Virus record (IMG/VR): IMGVR_UViG_3300034012_000174
Coordinates: 1 to 60,510 of that record
Direction: 5' to 3' (one strand)
DNA from: a virus
Taxonomy: Duplodnaviria; Caudoviricetes
DNA length: 60,510 bases
Positions 1 through 8,997 of this stretch are shown one piece after another. Position 1 is the first letter of the stretch. Every line of letters starts with the position of its first letter. Position numbers and translations under genes: made by a program. The notes under the pieces are model-generated. The model ran no database searches, had not been told where the DNA came from, and saw nothing but the letters and a program-made list of their open reading frames with translations.

Positions 1-127
1 TCAGAGAGTGAAGCACAAACGACTAACGGGGGCGGCAAGCCCGTTACGCGCACAGAAAGTAAGCCTGCCACAGTGGTTGCTCCGGCATCCCGAAGCACGT
101 CTTCCAAGCGGATTGTGCTGAAACAAT
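1..127. repeat. Terminal direct repeat, identical to 60384-60510 (circular assembly overlap)
   Basis: tcagagagtg...ctgaaacaat occurs at both ends; 127 bp is a common assembler k-mer length; the scaffold ORF reads in frame through the junction. Confidence 0.95.
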
Positions 128-207
128 CGCAAATAAACCTTGCGAAAAAATTGGGATTAACCCCCGAGCAGTATGCCCGGGAATATGCAAAAACTTTGGA
201 GAACTAA
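1..207 (+). CDS. C-terminal part of putative capsid scaffolding protein (continues from 59568)
   Basis: Frame 1 reads SESEAQTT...LAKKLGLTPEQYAREYAKTLEN*, in frame with the ORF starting at 59568; stop TAA at 205-207. Confidence 0.75.
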   Translation, partial: SESEAQTTNGGGKPVTRTESKPATVVAPASRSTSSKRIVLKQSQINLAKKLGLTPEQYAREYAKTLEN

Positions 208-208
208 A

Positions 209-658
209 ATGGCTGAAAACAGACTTGCACGCGAATTAGACACCCGTAGTACGGCGGAGCGCCCAAAGCAGTGGATGCGCCCCGAAACCCTGCCGCAACC
301 AGATAAGCAGCCGGGTTATGCGTACCGATGGGTGAGGGTTTCTATGCTCGATAAGGCTGATGCCCGCAACATCTCGTCAAAACTACGAGAAGGTTGGGAG
401 CCTGTCCGAATTGAGGAGCAACCCAAATTTTCACTGCTAGTCGATCCCAATAGTCGTTTTAAAGACAATATTGAGGTCGCCGGGTTGTTGCTTTGCAAGA
501 TGCCTGCTGAATTTGTTGACCAGCGCAGTAACTACTACGCTAAGATCACCAAAGACAACATGGACGCTGTAGACAACAACTTTATGAGAGAGAATGACCC
601 GAGGATGCCTCTTTTCGCTGAAAAGAAGTCCAAAACGTCATTCGGTTCTGGCAAATAA
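209..658 (+). CDS. Conserved head-module protein
   Basis: Start MAENRL directly after the scaffold stop; YRWVRVS...LREGWEPV...GLLLCKMP motif; lies between scaffold and capsid genes. Confidence 0.7.
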   Translation: MAENRLARELDTRSTAERPKQWMRPETLPQPDKQPGYAYRWVRVSMLDKADARNISSKLREGWEPVRIEEQPKFSLLVDPNSRFKDNIEVAGLLLCKMPAEFVDQRSNYYAKITKDNMDAVDNNFMRENDPRMPLFAEKKSKTSFGSGK

Positions 659-677
659 CTTTTTGTGAGGTAACAAA

Positions 678-1484
678 ATGGCTTATCCTACCGTCTCGAA
701 GCCCTACGGGCTTCTACCGATCAATTTGATCGGCGGTCAGGTGTTCGCTGGTGCTACTCGTCAGATTCCCATCGCTTCCAACTATGGCACGGCTATCTTT
801 TATGGTGACCCTGTTAAATTGGTTTCTTCGGGTACTCTGGAGCGTGACACCCCCGACGCCGCAATGACCCCTGTTGGTGTGTTCCTTGGCTGCTCTTATA
901 CCGATCCTACGTTCGGTAAAGTGTTCCGTCAGTACTATCCGCAAAACACAGTTGCAAACGACATCGTGGCTTTTGTCCAAGATGACCCGGATGCGCTGTT
1001 TAAGGCTGCGATTGTGTCTGGCACCACTGTAATTGCTGCTGTGGCCCGCACTTTCGTTGGCAATAACGTTGAAATGGTTGACAACACTGGCAGCACCACC
1101 ACTGGTGATTCTGCTGCTGGCGTCTCCGCTCCTGCGACTACTGCCACTCTGCCGCTCCGCATCGTTGATGTGGTTCCTGATACTGCGATTGTGACGACTG
1201 CTACTGCTACTACTACCAACAGTAGCACCGCAGTAACTCTGTCTGCTACTAACGCTGACATCCTGAAATATATGGAAATTTCTGGTACTGGCATTGCTGC
1301 TGGCACTACGGTTTCCGCCATTTCGGGCACTTCGTTGACCCTGTCTGCCAACGCTACCGCTTCTGGTACTGTGACGCTGACTTTTGTGGGTTATCCTGAA
1401 GTGATTTGCAAGTGGAACGCTCCTAGCGTCACTGGTCAAACTGTTGCGGGTGGACATCAGTATCTCAACCCGAACGGCGTATAA
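678..1484 (+). CDS. Putative capsid decoration/minor capsid protein
   Basis: GAGG RBS; beta-rich; immediately upstream of the MCP; carries a Thr/Ser-rich inserted beta domain (aa ~172-238). Confidence 0.65.
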   Translation: MAYPTVSKPYGLLPINLIGGQVFAGATRQIPIASNYGTAIFYGDPVKLVSSGTLERDTPDAAMTPVGVFLGCSYTDPTFGKVFRQYYPQNTVANDIVAFVQDDPDALFKAAIVSGTTVIAAVARTFVGNNVEMVDNTGSTTTGDSAAGVSAPATTATLPLRIVDVVPDTAIVTTATATTTNSSTAVTLSATNADILKYMEISGTGIAAGTTVSAISGTSLTLSANATASGTVTLTFVGYPEVICKWNAPSVTGQTVAGGHQYLNPNGV

Positions 1485-1494
1485 GGAGTGACAA

Positions 1495-2403
1495 ATGGCT
1501 ATTTCACGCGCACAACTACTTAAAGAACTCCTCCCCGGCTTGAACGCCCTATTTGGCATGGAATATGCCACCTATGGCGAAGAGCACAAGGAGATTTACG
1601 AAACCGAGACCTCCGAACGTTCGTTTGAAGAGGAAACCAAACTGTCTGGCTTCTCCGCTGCTCCGGTGAAGAACGAAGGCAGTGCGATTGCCTACGATAA
1701 CGCGCAGGAAGTCTTCACGGCTCGCTACACCCACGAAACCATTGCTCTTGGCTTCAGCCTGACTGAAGAGGCGATTGAGGACAACCTCTACGACTCTCTG
1801 TCTAGCCGATACACCAAGGCTCTGGCTCGTGCGATGGCGTACACCAAGCAGACCAAGGCTGCTGCCAACCTGAACAACGGCTTCAACTCTGCCTATCCGG
1901 GCGGTGATGGTCAGCCTCTGTTCTCGACGGCTCACCCGCTGGTTTCTGGTGGCACCAACAGCAACACGCCTACCACCCCTGCCGACCTGAACGAGACTTC
2001 TCTTGAAGCCGCCGTTATTCAGATCGCTGCATGGACGGATGAACGTGGTCTGTTGATCGCTGCGAAGCCTCGCAAACTGATCGTTCCTCCTTCGCTGCAA
2101 TTCGTTGCTACCCGTATTCTGGAGACTGAACTCCGTACGTCTACGGCTGACAACGACATCAACGCGTTGAAGAACAACGGTTCGATCCCCGAAGGTTATA
2201 CCGTCAACCACTATTTGACGGATAACGACGCTTGGTTCCTGACCACCGATGTGCCTAACGGTATGAAGCATTTCATTCGTACCCCAATGGCTAATTCGAT
2301 GGACGGCGACTTCGATACTGGTAACGTCCGTTACAAGGCTCGTGAGCGTTATTCGTTCGGTTGGTCTGATCCGTTGGGCATGTTCGGTTCGCCGGGTGCC
2401 TAA
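1495..2403 (+). CDS. Major capsid protein, Mu gpT-like (HK97 fold)
   Basis: AAGGAG RBS; MAISRAQLLKELLPGLNALFG...PRKLIVPP...YKARERYSFGWSDP pattern of this MCP family; followed by a terminator. Confidence 0.9.
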   Translation: MAISRAQLLKELLPGLNALFGMEYATYGEEHKEIYETETSERSFEEETKLSGFSAAPVKNEGSAIAYDNAQEVFTARYTHETIALGFSLTEEAIEDNLYDSLSSRYTKALARAMAYTKQTKAAANLNNGFNSAYPGGDGQPLFSTAHPLVSGGTNSNTPTTPADLNETSLEAAVIQIAAWTDERGLLIAAKPRKLIVPPSLQFVATRILETELRTSTADNDINALKNNGSIPEGYTVNHYLTDNDAWFLTTDVPNGMKHFIRTPMANSMDGDFDTGNVRYKARERYSFGWSDPLGMFGSPGA

Positions 2404-2409
2404 GTAAGA

Positions 2410-2441
2410 AAGGGAGGGGGGTAAAACCTCTTCCCTTTTTT
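2410..2441 (+). terminator. Rho-independent terminator after the MCP
   Basis: aagggaggggg-gtaaaa-cctcttccc followed by a T run. Confidence 0.7.
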
Positions 2442-2464
2442 GTTGGATGCAGTACACTTTATAC

Positions 2465-2534
2465 GTCTAGGGTTTTTTACCTGTATCGACTGACCTAGCA
2501 GACTTTGTAGAGACGATACGGGGATGTGCTACAA
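2465..2534 (+). ncRNA. Structured pseudoknotted RNA, probably the Mu-gpT-DE motif
   Basis: Interleaved pairings ctagg(2467-71)/cctag(2494-98), cctgtatcg(2480-88)/cgatacggg(2514-22), ttgtag(2505-10)/ctacaa(2529-34); directly downstream of a Mu-gpT-like capsid gene, which is the defining context of Mu-gpT-DE. Confidence 0.65.
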
Positions 2535-2549
2535 CACAGGAGATTTCTC

Positions 2550-3164
2550 ATGGCACGTACCACCTTTTCTGGCCCAGTTGCGTCTGACAACGGGTTTATC
2601 GGTGCTTTTGCAGGCACCTTGGCGATTACCGAGTCCGGTAACACAATCACCACCACGAACACTGCGACTTCCGGCACATACCAGCCGCTAGTTGTTTCCA
2701 CGACCATGTCCGGCGCTGGCGCGGACGGTGGGCGCACAAAATTTGAAATGTCCACCAACGTAGCGTTGGGTTCGTTTTCTAACGCCCTGAAAGCCGAAGT
2801 AACCTATGGCGCGACTGGCAGCACGACTGGTCTGGGTTCGGCTTTTGTTGCTGAAATGACCCTTTCTGCTGGTACTTCTGCTGGTACTTATGCTCCCGTC
2901 GAGATCGAACTGAACTGTGCTTCCGGTGCTTCTACCGGTACTGCCACTTCTTTGATCTACGCTTCGGTCAACGGTACTGGTGCTGCGACTGTGGACACTA
3001 ACGGTTATCTGCTGAATCTGGCTGGTGTGACTGTTGCTGGGTCCAAGTTGGCTGCTACTGGCACGATTACCAACGTTAATGAGATCACCCACGGTCTGAG
3101 AGTAAAGATTGCTGGTAGCGATTACTACCTGCTGGCTGCTACTGCTGCTAACTTCAACGCCTAA
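2550..3164 (+). CDS. Putative head fibre/virion structural protein
   Basis: AGGAG RBS; MARTTFSGPV start; Gly/Thr/Ala-rich; C-terminal LRVKIAGSDYYL fibre-like motif. Confidence 0.6.
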   Translation: MARTTFSGPVASDNGFIGAFAGTLAITESGNTITTTNTATSGTYQPLVVSTTMSGAGADGGRTKFEMSTNVALGSFSNALKAEVTYGATGSTTGLGSAFVAEMTLSAGTSAGTYAPVEIELNCASGASTGTATSLIYASVNGTGAATVDTNGYLLNLAGVTVAGSKLAATGTITNVNEITHGLRVKIAGSDYYLLAATAANFNA

Positions 3165-3334
3165 TGGCTACGTTAGACAAAGACTACCTGTTGGGTTTAA
3201 GGAATCAGGCACTTGAGCAACGGCAAAAGTATCTGGACCTTATCCAACAGGCTAATGGAGCAATAGCAATGGTAGATGTTTTGTTGACCGAATTAGATCG
3301 ACAAGACCTACCCGACACAGGAAAGGAAAGTTAA
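3164..3334 (+). CDS. Small coiled-coil protein (56 aa, absent from ORF track), possible fibre chaperone
   Basis: MATLDKDYLLGLRNQALEQRQKYLDLIQQANGAIAMVDVLL...; TAATG coupling at both ends. Confidence 0.65.
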   Translation: MATLDKDYLLGLRNQALEQRQKYLDLIQQANGAIAMVDVLLTELDRQDLPDTGKES

Positions 3335-3642
3335 TGGCTACTATGCAATATGACGTACTAGCGTCACAGCCGCTGACATCAACCGGCAATTTTTTAGACC
3401 AAAACGGGTTCGCTATTGGGCGTGCTCGTGTTAAATCTATTTATGCGGTCAACGGTAACAGTGCGGGTTCTGTCGTTATCCGTAACGGTTCAACTGGCAA
3501 AGTCTTGATGACCGTTAATACGGCTGCAAGCAGCACTGCTGGCTACACCATCATCCCTATCCCCGGTGAAGGCATCCTTGCAGACAACGCTCTGCATGGC
3601 ACAGTGACCGACACCACTTCGATTACTCTGATTTATGGGTGA
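3334..3642 (+). CDS. Hypothetical virion protein
   Basis: Translationally coupled start; beta-rich 102 aa in the structural operon. Confidence 0.65.
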   Translation: MATMQYDVLASQPLTSTGNFLDQNGFAIGRARVKSIYAVNGNSAGSVVIRNGSTGKVLMTVNTAASSTAGYTIIPIPGEGILADNALHGTVTDTTSITLIYG

Positions 3643-3647
3643 TCGAC

Positions 3648-3944
3648 ATGGCTACCAAACTAGTCTCTAAGAAAGCGATGCCGTGCAATAAGCCACGGTC
3701 TACGCCTACGCATCCTAAAAAATCGCACATCGTCAAAGCGTGTGAAGGGGGCAAAGAGAAAGTCATTCGGTTTGGTCAGCAGGGCAAAAAAGTTGGAACT
3801 TTGTCTGGTACGGCAGGAGCGCCCAAATCGGGCGAGTCTGCTCGTATGAAGGCAAAGCGTAAATCATTTAAAGCACGTCACGCGAAAAACATTGCTAAAG
3901 GCAAGATGAGTGCGGCGTACTGGGCAGATAAGGTGAAGTGGTAA
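3648..3944 (+). CDS. Small basic protein
   Basis: Lys-rich; VIRFGQQG...RKSFKARH...SAAYWADKVKW. Confidence 0.65.
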   Translation: MATKLVSKKAMPCNKPRSTPTHPKKSHIVKACEGGKEKVIRFGQQGKKVGTLSGTAGAPKSGESARMKAKRKSFKARHAKNIAKGKMSAAYWADKVKW

Positions 3945-4195
3945 TGGAGATGATGGTATGGAACATCATACTTACCTCGATTGTTGGCATCATGGCCTTC
4001 CTACTCAAAGGTAAGTTTGACGAATTAGATCGTCTCGGTATCTTGTTAAACAAGACCCGGGAAGAAGTTGCTCGTGACCACATCACTCGTGCTGAAGTGC
4101 ACCGTGACATGGAAAAAATTATGGAACGCTTTGATGCGGGAATCTCTCGACTTGAAGCGAAGATCGACGATCTGCGTAAAGAAAAGAGGACTTGA
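3944..4195 (+). CDS. Single-TM coiled-coil protein
   Basis: N-terminal hydrophobic helix followed by heptad repeats. Confidence 0.65.
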   Translation: MEMMVWNIILTSIVGIMAFLLKGKFDELDRLGILLNKTREEVARDHITRAEVHRDMEKIMERFDAGISRLEAKIDDLRKEKRT

Positions 4196-4197
4196 AC

Positions 4198-4527
4198 ATG
4201 GCTGATGAAAACCGCATGAAGTACCGTAAGCCTACGGAGAAAGAACAGGCCAAACTAGATAAAGCCCGCGAGATGATGCAACGTGGCATCGAGGGCGAAA
4301 AGGACTTTTTGTCCAAGATTTCTACCACAATGGCTAAATCGGCCCGCGACGAACAACGTGAAGCCAAACGCTTGCGTGAATCTGTACCCGAGGCTGCGCG
4401 TAACTACGAAGGGCTGGAAGGTATGAAGAAGGGCGGCAAGGTCAAAAAGATGGCTGCTGGAGGCTCCGCTTCCAAACGTGCTGATGGTTGTGCAGTGCGC
4501 GGCAAAACTCGTGGAAGGATGGTGTGA
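4198..4527 (+). CDS. Small basic protein with KKGG/SKRADG C-terminal motif
   Basis: Ends MKKGGKVKKMAAGGSASKRADGCAVRGKTRGRMV. Confidence 0.7.
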   Translation: MADENRMKYRKPTEKEQAKLDKAREMMQRGIEGEKDFLSKISTTMAKSARDEQREAKRLRESVPEAARNYEGLEGMKKGGKVKKMAAGGSASKRADGCAVRGKTRGRMV

Positions 4528-4528
4528 A

Positions 4529-4834
4529 ATGAAAGGCAAAGACCTACTAGGTTCGATTTCTCCTGTTTATGGCATGGCTACTGGACGCGGTGCGTTTGGG
4601 AAACTGACCGACAGCATGGGTTACGGTATGGGCGTTATTCCCGGCATGTTGGCTGACAACCGCAAGCGGAAAAAAGATGGCACTCCTATGACCCCGGTTG
4701 AAGAGGCTACGGCTGCTGCAAAACCCGCAATGAAAAAGGGGGGCAAAGTTAAAAAAATGGCCTCCGGCGGTTCCGCTTCTAAACGTGCTGACGGCATAGC
4801 CCAACGAGGTAAGACCCGTGGAAAGATGTGCTGA
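4529..4834 (+). CDS. Small basic protein with KKGG/SKRADG C-terminal motif
   Basis: Ends MKKGGKVKKMASGGSASKRADGIAQRGKTRGKMC, paralogous to the tail of the previous gene. Confidence 0.7.
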   Translation: MKGKDLLGSISPVYGMATGRGAFGKLTDSMGYGMGVIPGMLADNRKRKKDGTPMTPVEEATAAAKPAMKKGGKVKKMASGGSASKRADGIAQRGKTRGKMC

Positions 4835-5499
4835 TGTACTTGACGAGCAACATTCCGTATTTCAAATGCTGGGTGAGGAAAGAGTTCACTAATGGACACC
4901 AGAATTATCACGGAGAGTATGTGCATGCGTTGGCAGTGGCTGTCACGACTATTCCTGATCGGTGCCTTAGTTTCCAAGTCATTTTTACGGGGTGCGAAGC
5001 AGACGATGGGAGTCAACCCAACGTTCATGGCGGTGCGATGTGGGCAAGGATGCCGATTACCGCTTTGGTTGGGGACATACCGCTTGAGCAATGGCCTGAA
5101 CGTATGCAAACCCATTTGGCGCAGCCTTGGGACTGTAGTTCGTACAACCACGGTATTGTTAAGTTTCAAAGAGCGCAGCCGTCCCCTTGGCTGTGCAAAA
5201 TTAACAATGAGTTTCACACGGGGCGGTATTTGTTTACAGTAGATTATGCTGAGAGTGAGGTTGCAGAAGACCCATCGCAGCATAAACAAAGTCATGTGTT
5301 GATGTTGACAGATGCAGGAAAATGGACAGGGAATATAGTGGCGTTACCTAACAATCGAGTGCGAGTTACCAGCCCAGCCTACTGGGTAACTGGAGAAGGA
5401 GCGCCCGATTTTAGACCCAGCCAATGGATTCATTGTGCGGAGCAAGACGATTCGTACATGGACCCGGAGGTAACCTTCAACAACTTGTACAAGGAGTAG
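4834..5499 (+). CDS. Globular hypothetical protein (Trp/Cys/His-rich)
   Basis: TGATG coupling; GGAMWARMPITAL...QPWDC...HKQSH...ALPNNRVR. Confidence 0.75.
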   Translation: MYLTSNIPYFKCWVRKEFTNGHQNYHGEYVHALAVAVTTIPDRCLSFQVIFTGCEADDGSQPNVHGGAMWARMPITALVGDIPLEQWPERMQTHLAQPWDCSSYNHGIVKFQRAQPSPWLCKINNEFHTGRYLFTVDYAESEVAEDPSQHKQSHVLMLTDAGKWTGNIVALPNNRVRVTSPAYWVTGEGAPDFRPSQWIHCAEQDDSYMDPEVTFNNLYKE

Positions 5500-5504
5500 T
5501 GAAA

Positions 5505-5834
5505 ATGATGAAAGCAAAAATGGCTGCTGGTGGCGGCATGATGAAAAAAGGCTATGCGGCTGGTGGCATGCCCATGACCATGAAAGATGGCAAGAAAGTC
5601 CCAACGTTTGCGGCGGATGGCAAAGGCGCAATGGCTAAAGGCGGTGCAGCCAAGGCCAAAGCCAAAATGATGGCTGGCGGTGGTATGGCAAAGTCCAAAA
5701 TGGCTTCAAGCATGGGTAAAGTTCCAACTGGCAAACCAGCAATGGGAAGCGCATCAAAGCGTGCCGACGGTATTGCTATGAAAGGCAAGACTCGTGGCAT
5801 GGAAGTGAAGATGGCTAAGGGCGGGAAGTCCTAA
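5505..5834 (+). CDS. Low-complexity Met/Lys/Ala/Gly protein with repeated xAxGG motifs
   Basis: AAGGAG RBS; MAAGG, YAAGG, MAKGG, MAGGG and SKRADGIAMKGKTRG. Confidence 0.7.
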   Translation: MMKAKMAAGGGMMKKGYAAGGMPMTMKDGKKVPTFAADGKGAMAKGGAAKAKAKMMAGGGMAKSKMASSMGKVPTGKPAMGSASKRADGIAMKGKTRGMEVKMAKGGKS

Positions 5835-5835
5835 C

Positions 5836-6120
5836 ATGATGCCGAGCCGGGGCATGGGGGCAGTACGCCCCTCAAAGATGCCGAAAGCCAAGACCATCAA
5901 ACGGAAAGACAATCCGGATGAGGTCACCATGTACGCCGAAGGCGGCAAGGTTAAGTCTCGTGTCAACGAGGCAGGCAACTACACAAAACCCGGCATGCGC
6001 AAGCAGTTGTTCGAGCAGGTTAAGGCTGGAGGTAAGGGGGGTGCTCCGGGTCAGTGGAGTGCGAGAAAAGCACAGATGCTGGCTACGAAGTACAAGAAGG
6101 CTGGCGGGGGGTACAAGTGA
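5836..6120 (+). CDS. Small basic protein
   Basis: YAEGGKV; GQWSARKAQMLA..YKKAGGGY. Confidence 0.7.
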   Translation: MMPSRGMGAVRPSKMPKAKTIKRKDNPDEVTMYAEGGKVKSRVNEAGNYTKPGMRKQLFEQVKAGGKGGAPGQWSARKAQMLATKYKKAGGGYK

Positions 6121-6383
6121 GTGGACTCTCCAAAAGCCAAAAAAGTCTCAAAGCGTGGACCAAACAAGAGTGGCGAACCAAAAGCGGTAAGCCCTCGACG
6201 CAAGGTTCAAACGCCACGGGCGAACGCTACCTCCCGAAAAAAGCAATCAAGTCCCTCAGTTCTGCCGAGTACGCCGCAACAACCCGAGCCAAACGAGCAG
6301 GTAAAGCCCAAGGCAAACAGTTTGTGGCTCAACCTAAAAGCGTGGCTAAAAAGGTTGCTCCACATAGGAAAGTAGGCAAATGA
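6117..6383 (+). CDS. Small basic protein
   Basis: GTGA coupling; SQKSLKAWTKQEWRTKSGKPS...GERYLPKKAI. Confidence 0.65.
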   Translation: MSGLSKSQKSLKAWTKQEWRTKSGKPSTQGSNATGERYLPKKAIKSLSSAEYAATTRAKRAGKAQGKQFVAQPKSVAKKVAPHRKVGK

Positions 6384-7123
6384 CAACGTCTGGTACCAAC
6401 TCTTTTAATCTCGACCTCAATAGCCTTGTTGAAGAGGCGTTTGAGCGGTGCGGGCTTGAGTTGCGTTCTGGCTATGACATGCGCACGGCACGCCGTTCGC
6501 TCAATTTGCTAACAATTGAGTGGGCTAACCGAGGCATCAATCTGTGGACTATTGAGCAGGGTCAGATTGCTATGACGCAGGGGACGATTACGTACTCCTT
6601 GCCCGTGGACACAATTGACCTTCTTGACCATGTCATTCGGACCCAGACTGGGGTAGGACAGACAGACATCAACATTAGTCGCATCAGCGTAGATACCTAC
6701 TCTACTATCCCTAATAAGAACGCTCAAGGGCGTCCTATTCAGGTGTGGATCAATCGCCAGTCTGGTGCAACGTACCCAATCAACGGCAACCAGCCAAACA
6801 CGACAAATCCGCTTACTGGGGTCAACCCGCCCAACATCAACGTCTGGCCTGCGCCAGACCAAGATAACTTCTACACCTTTGTGTACTGGAGACTGCGTCG
6901 GATTCAAGACGCGGGGACAGGTATAAGCACCCAAGACATCCCCTTCCGTATGCTGCCTTGCTTAGTGGCAGGGCTGGCGTATTACCTCGCAATGAAACTT
7001 CCCGATGCTCTGCCGCGCCTAGAGATGTTGAAAATGGCTTACGAAGAGCAATGGGCCTTGGCGTCGAGCGAAGACCGCGAAAAAGCGTCTTTGCGGATTG
7101 CGCCACGGACTATGTTCTATTGA
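6380..7123 (+). CDS. Putative head-tail adaptor (tail tubular protein A-like)
   Basis: LVEEAFERCG...ARRSLNLL..EWANRG...VWPAPD...LVAGLAYYLA pattern of podoviral adaptors. Confidence 0.65.
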   Translation: MTTSGTNSFNLDLNSLVEEAFERCGLELRSGYDMRTARRSLNLLTIEWANRGINLWTIEQGQIAMTQGTITYSLPVDTIDLLDHVIRTQTGVGQTDINISRISVDTYSTIPNKNAQGRPIQVWINRQSGATYPINGNQPNTTNPLTGVNPPNINVWPAPDQDNFYTFVYWRLRRIQDAGTGISTQDIPFRMLPCLVAGLAYYLAMKLPDALPRLEMLKMAYEEQWALASSEDREKASLRIAPRTMFY

Positions 7124-7131
7124 GGTGAAGC

Positions 7132-7554
7132 ATGCCTACTAAGTTTGCTTCCGGTAAATGGGCAATTTGTGAATGTGATCGTTGCGGGTTTCAGTACCAA
7201 CTGAAAGAGTTGCGGGAAATCGTCATCAAAACGAAGAACACAAACATCTTGGTTTGCCCCACATGTTGGGAACCAGATCAACCGCAGTTGCAGTTGGGTA
7301 TGTATCCGGTGGACGACCCACAAGCGTTGCGCAATCCAAGACCTGATACGACGTATCTTCAGGCGGGTTATACCGGATTGCAAATTGATTCGGGCAGTGG
7401 ACCGTTAGGTAGTGGTGATGCCTCTGGGGGTAGTCGAATTATCCAGTGGGGGTGGGCACCAGTAGGTGGGAGTAGAGCCAATGACGCCGGGTTGACTCCC
7501 AATAATTTGGCGTTAGGCATTACACTGGGTACTGTGACAGTCGCAACAACTTAG
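7132..7554 (+). CDS. Conserved virion-module protein with two CxxC motifs
   Basis: CDRCGF...VCPTCWE...DPQALRNPRPD. Confidence 0.7.
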   Translation: MPTKFASGKWAICECDRCGFQYQLKELREIVIKTKNTNILVCPTCWEPDQPQLQLGMYPVDDPQALRNPRPDTTYLQAGYTGLQIDSGSGPLGSGDASGGSRIIQWGWAPVGGSRANDAGLTPNNLALGITLGTVTVATT

Positions 7555-7563
7555 GAGTGAATC

Positions 7564-7755
7564 ATGAAACACGAAGACGTAAAAATGGACAAGGCAACGA
7601 TCAAAAAAGCCGTCCATAAGCACGAAAAAGAGAAGCACCCCGGCAAGCCTCTGACCAAGTTGGCTAAGGGTGGTAAGACGAATATGCAGATGAAGACTCT
7701 GGGGCGTGGCTTGGCTAAAGTCGCTAACCAGATGAAGTCGTCTCGGGGGCGTTGA
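7564..7755 (+). CDS. Small basic protein
   Basis: AGGAG RBS; VHKHEKEKHPGKPLTKLAKGGK. Confidence 0.65.
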   Translation: MKHEDVKMDKATIKKAVHKHEKEKHPGKPLTKLAKGGKTNMQMKTLGRGLAKVANQMKSSRGR

Positions 7756-7756
7756 T

Positions 7757-7921
7757 ATGAAAACCAAGGCTATCCCAATGCACAGCAACCCTGTTAAACA
7801 AATTCCGATTGTTCCAAACAACAACGGATACCCTAACAACGTGCCCAACACGCAGACTGTAAAGACTCGTGGCACTGGTGCTGCAACTAAGGGCACTCAC
7901 TCTAGCAAAAAACTTGCATGA
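7757..7921 (+). CDS. Small basic protein (54 aa, absent from ORF track)
   Basis: MKTKAIPMH...VKTRGTGAATKGTHSSKKLA*; ATGA-coupled to the next gene. Confidence 0.6.
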   Translation: MKTKAIPMHSNPVKQIPIVPNNNGYPNNVPNTQTVKTRGTGAATKGTHSSKKLA

Positions 7922-8577
7922 ACTACACTGAACTTACTGCCGCAATCAAGGCTTATTCAGAGAACGACTTCCCCCAAGCGGTGGGAGCGGGTGGGCTTAC
8001 GTCTGCCGAACAGATTGCGCGGTTTGTTCAGCAGGCCGAACAGAGGATTTACAACTCTATTCAGTTTCCTGCTCTACGCAAAAACGTGACCGGTGCTGCG
8101 ACTAGCGGCAACAAGTATTTGGGGGCACCTGTTGACTGGCTGGCGACGTATTCGCTGGCTAGGATTAACACTGATGGCAGTTATGAGTATTTGCTGAACA
8201 AGGATGTGAACTTCATTCGTGAAGCGTTTCCTTATCCTGCTACGTCAGGAGCACCAACTCACTACGCTATTTTTGATGAAAACACTTTCATCTTAGGGCC
8301 AACGCCTGATGCTTCGTACAGCATGGAGTTGCACTACTTCTACTACCCTGAGTCAATTACTACCGCGCAAACTACTTGGTTGGGCAACAACTTTGATTCG
8401 TTGTTGCTTTACGGTTCCTTACTGGAAGCCGCAGCCTATATGAAGTCTGACACGGACGTGGTTAAAAACTATTCTGATCGGTATAACGAAGCCTTTACAA
8501 TGGCTAAACAACTTGGTGATGGCAAAGATCGTCAAGATGCTTATCGTTCTGGTCAAGTTAGGTATCCGGTGAAATAA
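7918..8577 (+). CDS. Putative head-tail connector/adaptor protein
   Basis: MNYTEL..AI...FVQQAEQRI...LGPTPD...LLLYGSLLEA pattern. Confidence 0.65.
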   Translation: MNYTELTAAIKAYSENDFPQAVGAGGLTSAEQIARFVQQAEQRIYNSIQFPALRKNVTGAATSGNKYLGAPVDWLATYSLARINTDGSYEYLLNKDVNFIREAFPYPATSGAPTHYAIFDENTFILGPTPDASYSMELHYFYYPESITTAQTTWLGNNFDSLLLYGSLLEAAAYMKSDTDVVKNYSDRYNEAFTMAKQLGDGKDRQDAYRSGQVRYPVK

Positions 8578-8988
8578 ATGGCGTTCCAAGGAAACTTTAC
8601 CTGCAATTCGTTCAAGGAAGCCTTGTTCAAAGGCGACGTGGACTTTTTGGTGGACACCATCAAGATCGCCCTGTATACCAACTCAGCAACGCTGAATGCG
8701 TCTACCACGGGGTATACCACTTCGGGGGAAGTGACGGCTTCTGGCTACACGGCTGGCGGCAACACCCTTGTTCCGACAGTAACGTTAGGTTCTAATGGAA
8801 CGGCGTATGTTGACTTTGCAGACTCTAGTTGGAATGCGGCCCTTACAGCACGAGGGGCATTGATTTACAAGAATGGCGGCACTGCCATTTGTGTGTTGGA
8901 CTTCGGTTCAGACAAAACATCAACGTCAGTTTTCACTGTTGTGTTCCCTGCAAACAGTGCGGATTCGGCGCTTATCAGGTTGAACTAA
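8578..8988 (+). CDS. Virion structural protein (paralog of 10427-10885)
   Basis: IKIALYT...EVTASGYTAGGNTL...ARGALIY...FTVVFP. Confidence 0.7.
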   Translation: MAFQGNFTCNSFKEALFKGDVDFLVDTIKIALYTNSATLNASTTGYTTSGEVTASGYTAGGNTLVPTVTLGSNGTAYVDFADSSWNAALTARGALIYKNGGTAICVLDFGSDKTSTSVFTVVFPANSADSALIRLN

Positions 8989-8997
8989 GGGGAAAGA

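Noticed and set aside
1-127. 127-bp terminal repeat as a biological direct terminal repeat
   Set aside because: It falls mid-gene (scaffold) and matches a typical assembler k-mer overlap, so it indicates circular assembly only
714-2457. Long antisense ORFs (714-1571, 1549-2457) opposite the capsid genes
   Set aside because: No recognisable motifs or RBS; expected shadows of codon bias in highly expressed genes
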